DNA of 64,000 nt from Octopus sinensis (lineage: Eukaryota): NCBI RefSeq assembly GCF_006345805.1, contig NC_043010.1, positions 41,292,001 through 41,356,000 on the forward strand, read 5' to 3'. The translations under genes were made by a program, and so were the position numbers. Shown piece after piece: positions 1 to 10,984 of this stretch; the stretch's first letter is position 1; each line of letters starts with the position of its first letter. Under the pieces are notes generated by a model. It made no database searches. It was given only the letters and a program-made list of their open reading frames with translations, and had not been told where the DNA came from.

Positions 1-1977
1 AACCAGATCAAATAAGATAGATGGACTTCTATTGCCACTCTAAGTTCAGAATTCTTCCAATGAAAGAGGTTTTTTCCCTTCACAAAAAAAAAAAAATATT
101 TGCAGCATATCCATTTAGTTTAACCCTTTTGTTACTAACCTGGCCAAAACCGGCTCTGGCTCTGTGGTAAAATGTCTTGTTTTCATAAGTTTTGAATTAA
201 AATATTCCACCAAGCCTTAGTCACAATTTACATTCCTAACACTAGCTTAATGATAACTAAGTTATTTTACTAAATTATTTGTTATATTTAAAATAATTGA
301 AAGAAACACTGAGCATCTCAAAATAAATACGGTAACAATCACACATCTAGTCTCAAATACAGTCTCAGTTAAAATCAAATCTCATAGTTCATGATCCAAG
401 AACAAAGAGAAAAAGCCAACCAGATTACTCCTTGCCTTTTTCTCATTTGGAACACTTTTTAGCTCAGTTGGCTGGTTAAGAGAAAGCTGTCATCATCCAA
501 GGAAAGCATTAGTGGTTCAGGTAAATCTCTGTGAGGATGAAAGAGGTTTGTATCTATTCCTTTTGGCAGTACCCCACCTTTTGTAATTCTGAGTGTTACT
601 GTGAATGCAAGTTGTGGGGGGGGGCAGGAAATGTTGTTGTAGCAATAGAAATAGAGGAAAGTCAAATAGTATAAGTGGTGTGTAGTTTTAGCTTGTTGAG
701 GACTTTAACTCTTTAGCATTTAAACTGACCATATCCGGCCAAAGGTATTATGTTCAAACTGGCCAGATCTGGTCTCTCACACCAACCCTACAATATCGTT
801 TTAAAAATTAACAGCTACCTCATCAAAATCTCATAGCTACAAGATAAAGCATGATTAGTTCAAAACAATGTGGATGAAGAAGCATTAATTTTGGTAGAAT
901 AATGCAAACACTAAAGGGTTAATGTAGCGTGTACTGGAAACTTGTAATCTGCAAAATATTGTATCAGAGGATTACTAGCTGTAATATGTTAAGAAATTAT
1001 GAGATTAGTCAAATGTTCTTTGTTTCAATATAGTCAAGAATGTCTGTGTGTAGCAGCTGCACTGTTGCAAATGTATGTTGAACAATATTTTTGTAAAACA
1101 TTCTTGAAGCTTAGAGACAGTCTATATGTTTTTGACTCAGAGGGTTACTGCACATCAATATATAATGATTCTGTCAAAATGTCTAATTGTTTTTCTTTAA
1201 TGTTTGTTCATAATATGAATATTTAAGTGCATATGTGGTTTGCTATCCCCAATATGTTGAAAAATACTCTAATGTAGAGCATACTTGAATCTTGTAATCT
1301 GAAAATATTTAGAACAGAAATATTTTCTGATAGGTTAAGTCTTCTTATATAATAAATGAGTGATGACTTTTTTTAATGGCTTAATTTAAGCTGTAAAGGT
1401 AATCAATGTCCAAGACTGATAAGAGAAAAGAGAGGAAAAAAACCCATAACACCCATAACACCCATTTGCTGCAGTAGTTGAAGATAAGCCTTAGACTAGA
1501 GAACTGACATAAATGATGGCAACAAAATGGGATCTGCTAAAGTCACATAAGGACCAGTTGGTTATGTTCATCCTTTTGTAACCATATTTATAATGAAATT
1601 CACAGACCATGAAGAATTTATCAAAATACTATTGTTTGCATTAAGAGTTTCTCTCTGCTGAATTTCACTCACAAAACTATGGTCAAGCAAAGCTATGGTA
1701 GAAAATTCTTGCCCAAAGTACTGTCCAATGAGATTGAACATGGAACCATGTAATGACAAAGCAAATATCTTAATCACAGCACTTTATCTTTACATGTATA
1801 TGGCTATGCCAGTATGAAAGTTTGAGTGTGCCAACTTATTTTTTTAATGATTATATTAAATAGAATTTCCTCTCCCTCTTTCGGAGAGGCACTGAGCAGC
1901 TATACGCACACAGCAGTAACTTCCGACTACCAAATTCAATCACAAAGCTTTGGTCGGCTTGGGGCTATAGTAGAAGT

Positions 1978-2335
1978 TATATTTCGTTTTTGGATTTGGT
2001 TTGCAAGATTCTTTATGTGAGTTTGTGTGTTGAAGCATATTCTGTTGTGCCTGGCGAGAGTCATTTTCTTTTTGTGCCTTATAATATAACACACTCACCG
2101 GTAAAATTTCCACTTATTTCTTATTTTTATTTTCCTAAAATTTTCGTTGTGTCTTGCAACCTTTTCAATAGTTTTGACTCTTGAAAAGGTTGAAAATCTA
2201 TTGAAAAGGTTGCCAAACACAACGAAAATTTTAGGAAAATAAAAATAAGAAACAAGTGGAAATTTTACTGGTGAGTGTGTTATATTATAAGGCACAAAAA
2301 GAAAATTACTCTCCCCAGACACAACAGAATTAAAT
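1978..2335. mobile_element. Foldback/inverted-repeat element, copy 1
   Basis: Arms about 2040-2170 and 2197-2330 are near-perfect reverse complements; same family as 32549-32820. Confidence 0.7.
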
Positions 2336-2778
2336 AGAATATTTATTCTATTAACCTGCCAAAATTTCAGAGTGTTTTCTTTAATTAATTAGTTTGTGCT
2401 TCTAATTCTCACTGTTTCTTGCTCATACATATTTCTGACATACACAGAAGATCAAAATTTCAATGTGGGTTAGGACATATATTCATTCAATTTAATTAAC
2501 CCCAGTACCTCACTGGTACTGAAATACAAATTTATCAACTTCAAACAATTTGAAAGATAAAAATCAACCTTGATATGACTTAAGTTAAAAATGTAAAAGG
2601 ATATTTCTAAATATAGCACATTAATCAACTATTTACTGATTCTGTAATTCCATAATTCAATGGGTTTTTATTGTATATTTCTAACAATCAGTCTGTATTG
2701 CATTGTATTGTAACTATTGTACATTGTAAAGTATAGGTAACTGCACTACATCCTGAAATGTTACCCTTTGTATTTCAG

Positions 2779-2844
2779 TATTATGGAAATGCTATTGTCC
2801 TTTAATGCTTCGGTTAATGGAAAAGATGAGTCAGGAAAAACAGC
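2779..2844 (+). CDS. FANK1: FANK1-like copy A, internal exon (ankyrin; IMEMLLSFNASVNGKDESGKTA)
   Basis: tttcAG acceptor and GTGAGT donor; 66 bp, phase 2-2; paralogous to 30855-30920; resembles FANK1 ankyrin sequence as recalled ([21 protein letters not shown]). Confidence 0.88.
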
Positions 2845-2981
2845 GTGAGTATTTAGAGCATCTTGTTTTATTTATTCAATAATGGTATCAGAGAGACAAT
2901 GATTAGCAAAATTCTGGTTTAAGGACCCCCATATAACTCCACATAACTTTTTTATTTTTTGAAATTTTCAGAAAATGCTTG

Positions 2982-3105
2982 CACATGGTTCCGGGTTCAG
3001 TCCCACTGCGTGGCACCTTGGGCAAGTGTCTTCTACTATAGCCTCGGGCCGACCAAAGCCTTGTGAGTGGATTTGGTAGACGGAAACTGAAAGAAGCCCG
3101 TCGTA

Positions 3106-3137
<32 letters not shown>

Positions 3138-3388
3138 GATATATAGATATATATATGTATGTATGTGTGTGTATATGTTTGTGTGTCTGTGTTTGCCCCC
3201 CCCCCCAACATTGCTTGACAACTGATGCTAGTGTGTTTCCATCCCCGTAACCTAGCGGTTCGGCAAAACAGGTCGATAGAATAAGTATTAGGCTTACAAA
3301 GAATACGTCCTGGGGTCGATTTGCTCGACTAAGGGCGGTGCTCCAGCATGGCCACAGTCATATGACTGAAACAAGTAAAAGAGTAAAG
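2982..3388 (+). mobile_element. SINE family A (tRNA-like head, CCTTGGGCAAGT core, internal TA/TG microsatellite, GAGTAAAA tail), 5'-truncated
   Basis: Near-identical copies at 6492-6911(+), 10575-10984(-), 15118-15263(-, partial), 33345-33773(-), 36325-36690(-), 41125-41568(-), 48335-48741(+), 52148-52586(+), 57384-57795(-). Confidence 0.9.
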
Positions 3389-3969
3389 TGTAAATGTGTG
3401 TTCAACACATGGGAATTCATATAATTATGCAAAAAACAATTTTAAAAAATTTTTATTTTTATCTGAAAATTCCCAAAAATAAAAAAGGGAAGGATTACAT
3501 GGCAAGCTTAAACCAGAATTTCACCCAATGATTTGACCACATTTTAGTTATCTACTTTCCATTCTGGCTTGAGTTGGACTGGCCATCATAATCGATCCGT
3601 TCTTATGAAGTTACTGCCCTCCTAGGTGTGGTTAAAGGACCATGTCTCACTTGTATATTTTCCTTTGGCATAGTTTCTATGGTTGGCTGTCCTTCCTAAT
3701 ACCAACCACTTTACAGAGGGACTGGTTGCATTTTATTGTGATAGGTTGCTATAGCCTCAATAAGACAAACTAAATTTTACGATTATATTTGATTTTAATA
3801 TTGATAACAGAAAGATTTTTTTTAATTAAAATTTTGTTTTTAAACTGAAATTGAATTTCAGTTTTTATCAAAATTCAGATAAAAGTGTAACTTAGTCCCT
3901 CACCAACAATCCTCTCCTGTTGTCTTTGTTTTGGGAAACATGTTAGTTTAATTAATTCAGTTTTTCATA

Positions 3970-4387
3970 GGCGGTGAGCTGGCAGACACGTTAGCGCGCC
4001 GGGCAAAATGCTTAGTAGTATTTCGTCTGTTGTTACGTTCTGAGTTCAAATTACGTCGAGGTCGACTTTGCCTTTCATCCTTTCGGGGTTGATAAATAAA
4101 GTACCAGCTTCACACTGGGGTCGATGTAATCGACTTAATCCCTTTGTCTGTCCTTGTTTGTCCCCTCTACGTTTAGCCCCTTGTGGGTAATAAAGAAATA
4201 GGTATTTCGTCTGTCGTTACGTTCTGAGTTCAAATTCCGTTGAGGTCGACTTTGCCTTTCATCCTTTCGGGGTTGATAAATAAAGTACCAGCTTCGCACT
4301 GGGGTCGATGTAATCGACTTAATCATCTCTTTGTCTGTCCTTGTTTGTCCCCTCTATGTTTAGCCCCTTGTGGGCAATAAAGAAATA
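3970..4387 (+). mobile_element. SINE family B dimer with 17-bp TSD
   Basis: GGCGGTGAGCTGGCAG head; second unit starts at GGTATTTCGTC (about 4201); TSD TAATTCAGTTTTTCATA at 3953-3969 and 4388-4404. Confidence 0.9.
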
Positions 4388-4489
4388 TAATTCAGTTTTT
4401 CATACAAAGTAAAAAAATAAAGAAGGAAATTGACAAAAACAATATGTAAAATAACATATTTCTTTCTATTTTTTATGGGTTTACTTCAG

Positions 4490-4704
4490 TTTAATGCATG
4501 CCTGCATACATGGTCAATTACCAGTTGTGAAGATGCTGCTCAATAATGGTGCGCTCTATAATGATTTTGATTTGGGTGGTTCTAGTCCATTGCATTATGC
4601 TGTTGACAGCTGCAAGTGTGAGCTCATTGAATGGATGATCAAGGATGGAGCAGATGTGAACATTCAAGACAGAAATGCTGGTTGGACTCCATTGATACGG
4701 TGTG
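4490..4704 (+). CDS. FANK1: FANK1-like copy A, ankyrin exon (LMHACIHGQ...IEWMIKDGADVNIQDRNAGWTPLIRC)
   Basis: cttcAG / GTGAGT; 215 bp; ORF 4494-4730 in track; IEWMIKDG and GWTPL motifs characteristic of FANK1. Confidence 0.93.
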
Positions 4705-4810
4705 GTGAGTTACATTTTTTAAAAAACTGATTGGAAAGCACATTTATTGTGTGTGTGTGTGCTTGTTTTCATAACTGCAACGTTTAAGACATGTGCATAA
4801 CATGTATGTA

Positions 4811-5225
4811 TAAATAATAATAATAATAAACATTGTGTACAGTGCTCAGGTGCACTACAACTCATCGAAAGTGTATATATAATCAGGTGTAGTTTCGACG
4901 GATTTCGGAAAGCATGAGGGCCTTAAAGGATGCAGTGTCATGGCAGTCAACAACTGACGCAGGCAGTTTATTCCATGCTTCAGCAACTCTGAGTGTGAAG
5001 AAATGTTTCCGAAAGTCATGGGAGCTGTGTTGTTTTCTGACTTTGTAGGCATGTCGACGTGTGTTAGACACATGGAGATCAAAAAGGTGTTCAGTGTTGT
5101 TATTGGTGAGGTGGTTGACAACTTTGTGGGTGTTTACCAAGTCCGTCGCCAGACGCCGGAGCTTCAGTGAATCTATGCCCAGGGATACTACAATTAGCCG
5201 TCATTTTTGATAGCAGGGTGCCAGC
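4811..5225 (-). mobile_element. CR1-like LINE 3' end with (TTA)n tail
   Basis: ORF 4883-5140: TRRHAYKVRKQHSSHDFRKHFFTLRVAEAWNKLPASVV, typical CR1 ORF2 C-terminus. Confidence 0.8.
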
Positions 5226-5449
5226 TAGTAAAAAATGAAAACCGTATATGGATTCTATTTAATTTTTAAAATAAAATGTATTTCAACTCTGACTTTGTAA
5301 ACATTCAACGTGTATATATATTTTTTGGGACACCCTGCGTATATATATATATATATTATATATATATACATTCAAAATGTGACCGCGTATGTACCGTTGG
5401 CAATTTTTTTTCCTCTGTCTTCCCTTCTCTGGATCTTTCCTTCTAATAA

Positions 5450-5484
5450 GTTTCCGACGAAGAGCTCTGCTCGAAACGTTAAAC
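5450..5484 (+). ncRNA. Minimal type I hammerhead ribozyme-like motif (variant core CCGACGA) in a Penelope-like terminal fragment (about 5370-5585)
   Basis: GTTT-CCGACGA-a-GAGC(TCT)GCTC-GAAA-CG-TT-AAAC: stem I GTTT/AAAC, stem II GAGC/GCTC, palindromic ACGT stem III. Confidence 0.5.
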
Positions 5485-5581
5485 CCTCCTTCTTTCCTTC
5501 TTTCCTGAGTGTCCAATAATACTATATTTGTTCCACGTCCTCGCGTTGTTGTGTTTTTTTTGTGCTTTCATGTTTGGATTA

Positions 5582-5630
<49 letters not shown>

Positions 5631-5664
5631 ATGTGAGGTATGCTTTTACTGTATATTTTTTCAG

Positions 5665-5837
5665 CTTCCCTTTCTGGTAAAAAATTAGTTGCTCTTACAT
5701 TGATCCATAATGGAGCCAATACTGATCTCAAGGACAATAATGGGAAGACCTGTTTAATGGTTGCTGTTATCAATGGCCATCAACAATTAGTGGAAGTCCT
5801 TCTGGAGAACAATGCTGATATCACAATATTAAATATG
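5665..5837 (+). CDS. FANK1: FANK1-like copy A, ankyrin exon (ASLSGKKLVA...NGKTCLMVAVINGHQQLVEVLLENNADITILNM)
   Basis: ttttcAG / GTTAGT; 173 bp, phase 1-0; ORF 5640-5861; ankyrin consensus. Confidence 0.92.
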
Positions 5838-6491
5838 GTTAGTGGATTGCCACCCCTTTGATTTTCATCATTTATCATTTCCCTCCTTTCATCATAGATC
5901 GTTACCATTATTATTGCCGTTTAGCCTCAAGTTAGCCCTGATAGTACATACCTTATTCTAAAAGATATCCCTGCTGTTACCAGCCTATTTTTTGGTATTT
6001 CAGAGACTTCATTGCTCAATATATCCTTATTATTTACAATGTTAGCATGCGATTGTATGGAGACTTGACTGTACAGATACTCCATATTTGGCTTAAAGTA
6101 CAACTCAAGTACTTGGATTGGTGGGATTAACCTCTACTGTTACAATAATGGCTACTACTACTCAGAGCTGAATTTATGCCAATTGCACTCAACAAGTTCT
6201 GTCCCATTCACCTCTCCTACTCTCTTCGTCCTTATTGTGTCCCTACCCCGGCCATGCACTACGCCATGACCAGTCCTTCTTTCTTAAAACACTTTATGCT
6301 TTAAAAGATATATCAATAGATAGTTAAGTTAAAGGGAAATAACCTTAGTTAGCAAATAGTTGTGGAAATGACACTTTTATTTTTAAAGTGTTCCAGACCA
6401 AAACCTGCGACCGTGTTGGGGGCAATGGTGTTATCCTTTTCTTTTCTTTTTTCTGTTAGGTTTAAATGTTTATTGATATTTAAAAATAAAC

Positions 6492-6911
6492 AGGCGCAGG
6501 AGTGGCTGTGTGGTTAGTAGCTTGCCTACCAACCACATGGTTCTGGGTTCAGTCCCACTGCGTGGCATCTTGGGCAAGTGTCTTCTGCTATAGCCTCGGG
6601 CCGACCAATGCCTTGTGAGTGGATTTGGTAGACGGAAACTGAAAGAAGCCCGTCGTATATATGTATATATATGTATGCATGTGTATGTATGTGTTTGTGT
6701 GTCTGTGTTTGTCCCTCTAGCATTGCTTGACAACCGATGCTGCTGTGTTTACGTCCCCGTCACTTGGCGGTTCAGCAAAAGAGACCGATAGAATAAGTAC
6801 TGGGATTACAAAAGAATAAGTCCCGGGGTCAAGTTTGCTCGATTAAAGGCGGTGCTCCAGCATGGCTGCAGTCAAATGACTGAAACAAGTAAAAGAGTAA
6901 AAAAGAGTAAA
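6492..6911 (+). mobile_element. SINE family A, full length
   Basis: Starts AGGCGCAGGAGTGGCTGTGTGG, B-box-like GGTTCAGTCCC, ends (AAGAGTAA)n. Confidence 0.9.
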
Positions 6912-7230
6912 CAGATACACATACCAGCAGAAGGGAAAGTAGATATGATAGTTACTTAGACAGACAAACTGACAGCCAGGTAGGTAGACTATCTTACCGA
7001 TATATCCAAAGAATATTATTAATCTCATGCCTATGCATGCCTTTCATATTTCATTTAGTTCATGCAGTTTATAAAGAATTTTCTGTGATCATATAAATGC
7101 CATTCATATTACATTCAGTTCATCCTAATACTTGACCAGTTCATTATATTAACAATCCTGAAAGGATGAAAAGCAAAGTTACCCTTAGTGGTATTTGAAC
7201 TTGGAATGAAAAAGAACATAACTAAATACC

Positions 7231-7649
7231 CATTTCTTTACTACCCACAAGGGGCTAAACACAGAGTAGATAAACAAAGACAGACAAACGGATTAAGTCG
7301 ATTACATCGACCCCAGTGCGTAACTGGTACTTATTTAATCGACCTCAAAAGGATGAAAGGTAAAGTCGGCCTCGGCGGAATTTGAACTCATAACGTAACA
7401 GCAGACGAAATACCTATTTCTTTATTACCCACAAGGGGCTAAACACAGAGGGGACAAACAAGGACAGACATAGGTATTAAGTCGATTACATCGACCCCAG
7501 TGCGTAACTGGTACTTATTTAATCAACCCCGAAAGGATGAAAGGCAAAGTCGGCCTCGGCGGAATTTGAACTCACAACGTAACGGCAGACGAAATACCGC
7601 TAAGCATTTCGCCCGGCATCCTAACGTTTCTGCCAGCTCGCCGCCTTTT
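7231..7649 (-). mobile_element. SINE family B dimer with 13-bp TSD
   Basis: TSD ATAACTAAATACC at 7218-7230 and 7650-7662; same internal junction. Confidence 0.88.
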
Positions 7650-7750
7650 ATAACTAAATACCACTAGTCATTTCATCTGGTGCTCTGCCACTCACTGTTT
7701 CACTGAAAACCAAGATTGGTTAAAACCAGTAAAAGAACTAATTATTATTG

Positions 7751-8166
7751 GGATTTTTTTCAGTTTGAACGGCAGTTTTTAACATAATTTCTAGATAACT
7801 AAAAAATTTTAAACTTCATATACTGGTAGAATGTGTTTATAAAACATCTTTTTCTCTTGGCTTTATTGAGAAAATTCTATAGTTTGTAAGATATTTGTTG
7901 TTTATTTCCTTCAATTTCTGCAATTTCAACCAATCAGTGATGTGTATTGAGGTAAAAAACATTCTGTGCTGTATGAATATGTCCCTCGTTTAAGAAACAG
8001 ATTGGGTTTATTTACATTTGTGAAGAAAAAAGAAACCCTTCCCCCACCCCTAACCCTAACCCTAAAACAGATTGAAATGCAATAGATCGATACTAGGGTC
8101 ATAATTATGGGTGACAATTTCATATGACACCGCTAGAAAAAACTGCCGTTCAAACCGAAAAGATCC
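7751..8166. mobile_element. GG-terminal MITE (Merlin-like), about 24-bp TIRs, 8-bp TSD TATTATTG, internal CCCTAA repeats
   Basis: TIR consensus GGATCTTTTCGGTTTGAACGGCAG; five copies in the window. Confidence 0.85.
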
Positions 8167-8708
8167 TATTATTGTTACTGTTTTAATTAAAGTTATGGAA
8201 TGTAGAATTTTCAGTGTATCACACTTCAGGGATTTTGCTATAACTATTTACTTTCTGAGTTTAAATTACCTGAAGGTCAAGTTTACTTTTATCCTTCCAG
8301 AGATAATAAAGTACTTGTCAGATAATAAAGTACTTGATTTAATTCCATAAGTTCACCTTTTTAAAACTTACCCCTACAAGTTCTGTAAAGCAGATTATGA
8401 AATTGCGGAATAGTTAGACTATTAGAAAAAAGACCTTGTGGTATTTGTTCAGACACTTTACATTCTGAGTTCGAATCTTGTCAAGGTTGATTTTGTCTTT
8501 CAATAAAATAAATACCTGTCAGGTACTAGAAATCAACAAAGCCAACTGTTTCCTTTCCTACAAATTTTTAGCTTTGTGTCAATGTAAGAAAACATTTTTA
8601 TTGAAAATAACTGAGAGAGAGGGTATGGGAAAAGAAATGAATCAACAGATTGCCTAACTAAATGTCTTGAGCTTTCTTAATCACCCTACGACCCTTCAAC
8701 TAAAAACC

Positions 8709-9200
8709 AAATATAAACTTGGACCCAAAAGGTCAAGGTTCAATAAAGTAAATAACTAGGGTTGATTTAATTGATACATCATTCTAGTCCAAATATAAAC
8801 TTGGACCCCAAAGGTCAAAGTTCAATAAAGTAAATAACTAGGGTTGATTTAATTGATACATCATTCTAGTCCAAATATAAACTTGGACCCCAAAGGTCAA
8901 AGTTCAATAAAGTAAATAACTAGGCTTGATTTAATTGATACATCATTCTAGTCCAAATATAAACTTGGACCCCAAAGGTCAAAGTTCAATAAAGTAAATA
9001 ACTAGGGTTGATTTAATTGATACATCATTCTAGTCCAAATATAAACTTGGACCCCAAAGGTCAAAGTTCAATAAAGTAAATAACTAGGCTTGATTTAATT
9101 GATACATCATTCTAGTCCAAATATAAACTTGGACCCCCAAAGGTCAAAGTTCAATAAAGTAAATAACTAGGGTTGATTTAATGATACATTATTCTAGTCC
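8709..9200. repeat. 82-bp minisatellite, 6 copies
   Basis: Units start at about 8709, 8791, 8873, 8955, 9037 and 9119. Confidence 0.95.
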
Positions 9201-9250
9201 TATCTACTAAAGATGGTTTGATCACTTCAAAAGAAATCAATATTGTATAT

Positions 9251-9483
9251 ATTTCTTTACTACCCACAAGGGGCTAAACACAGAGGGGACAAACAAGGAC
9301 AGACAAAGCGATTAAGTCGATTCCATCGACCCCAGCGCGTAACTGGTACTTAATTTATCGACCCCGAAAGGATGAAAGGCAAAGTCAACCTCGGCGGAAT
9401 TTGAACTCAGAACGTAACGGCAGACAAAATACGGCTACGCATTTCGACCGGCATGCTACCGTTTCTGCCAGCTCGCCGCCTAT
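9251..9483 (-). mobile_element. SINE family B monomer with TSD
   Basis: AATCAATATTGTATAT on both flanks. Confidence 0.88.
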
Positions 9484-9548
9484 AATCAATATTGTATATG
9501 AATAACCTTATACACTTGTTTTTGGAGTTTTATTTGTTTTCCTTTCAG

Positions 9549-9593
9549 AGTGGTCGTACAGCATATGAAATGGCTGTTTCTCTTGAAAAAAGG
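9549..9593 (+). CDS. FANK1: FANK1-like copy A, short exon (SGRTAYEMAVSLEKR)
   Basis: cctttcAG / GTAAGT; 45 bp, phase 0-0; paralogous to 40390-40434. Confidence 0.85.
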
Positions 9594-9819
9594 GTAAGTA
9601 AATTCATCATTGAAGTTAACTTTTAAAGATGGAATGGGTCATCTTCATGCTGTTTAGATCATCCCTGATTGCATAGCCTCTACAACACTTAGTTTAGAAA
9701 ATATTTTAACTTTTCTTTTTTTTTTTTTTCATTGTTTAGTTGTCATTCCAGCCATGACCCTTTTCTTTTGTGTAAGAGGAAATAAATCAATGTGTCCCTT
9801 CTTTTTTTTAAAATGACCG

Positions 9820-10255
9820 TTGCCGACTGGCCTCGTGCCGGTGGCACGTAAAAAGCACCATCCGTTTGTGTCCGTTGCCAGCCTTGCCTGGCCCCCGTGC
9901 CGGTGGCACGTAAAAGCACCATCCGCTCGTGTCCGTTGCCAGCCTTGCCTGGCCCCCGTGCCGGTAGCACGTAAAAGCACCATCCGTTTGTGTCCGTTGC
10001 CAGCCTCGCCTGGCCCCCGTGCCGGTGGCACGTAAAAGCACCATCTGGCCCCAGTGCGGGTGGCACGTAAAAAGCACCCACTACACTCACGGAGTGGTTG
10101 GCGTTAGGAAGGGCATCCAGCCGTAGAAACACTGCCAGATCAGACTGGGCCTGATGCAGCCTTCTGGCTTCACAGACCCCAGTTGAACCGTCCAACCCAT
10201 GCTAGCATGGAAAGCGGACGCTAAATGATGATGATGATGATGATGATGATGATAG
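9820..10255 (+). mobile_element. Non-LTR retroelement/SINE with (ATG)n tail and internal about 60-bp tandem units (GTGCCGGTGGCACGTAAAAGCACC)
   Basis: About 4 units at 9830-10075, then a conserved tail ending (GAT)n; related copies at 12336-12640(-), 14277-14600(-), 19673-19855(-), 26675-26851(-), 49325-49650(-). Confidence 0.8.
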
Positions 10256-10574
10256 GGTGTAATTTGATGGGCTTTGGTTATTATTCCTAGAAGGCTGAGT
10301 GACCAAGTAGAGGCTCCTAAAGTGTTGTTACTTTCATTGTTTTCTACCACTGAATATTTTATCCACATGTCCATCACATAACCACAGCTGCATCATAAAT
10401 AGCTTTCTTCCTCAAAGATAGAAATTGCTTCAACTCTGATCAGGTGCCAATTCTCTTTAAGTTACGTGTGTGCCTTCCATGAGATTCATGTTGGGGCCAT
10501 ATCTAGGAAAACACAGCTGCTGCACATATAGACATAAAACAAACAAAAATTTCATGAATTGATTATCTAATACT

Positions 10575-10984
10575 CTCTTTACTCTTTTACTTGTTTCAGT
10601 CATATGACTGCGGCCATGCTGGAGCACCGCCTTTAGTCGAGCAACTCAACCCCGGGACTTATTCTTTGTAAGCCCAGTACTTATTCTATCGGTCTCTTTT
10701 GCCGAACCGCTAAGTAACGGGGACATAAACACACCAGCAGCAGTTGTCAAGCAATGCTAGGGGGACAAACACAGACACACAAACACACACGCACACACAT
10801 ATATATATATACATATATACGACGGGCTTCTTTCAGTTTCCGTCTACCAAATCCACTCACAAGGATTTTGGTTGGCCCAAGGCTATAGTAGAAGACACTT
10901 GCCCAAGGTACCACGCAGTGGGACTGAACCCAGAACCATGTGGTTTGTAAGCAAGCTACTAACCACACAGCCACTCCTGCCCCT
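10575..10984 (-). mobile_element. SINE family A
   Basis: Reverse complement of the 6492-6911 consensus. Confidence 0.88.

Noticed and set aside
1-2778. Upstream exons of FANK1 copy A
   Set aside because: No segment homologous to the 75-bp, 82-bp or FN3 exons of copy B with splice sites was found; they presumably lie before the window.
8040-8070. Telomere or chromosome-end signal
   Set aside because: Only 2-4 CCCTAA units, always at the same place inside a MITE.
8709-9200. CRISPR-like array
   Set aside because: Units are contiguous 82-bp copies with no unique spacers, there are no cas genes, and the context is eukaryotic.
9830-10075. CRISPR-like array with palindromic repeats
   Set aside because: The whole 60-bp unit repeats including the would-be spacer, and it is part of a dispersed retroelement.
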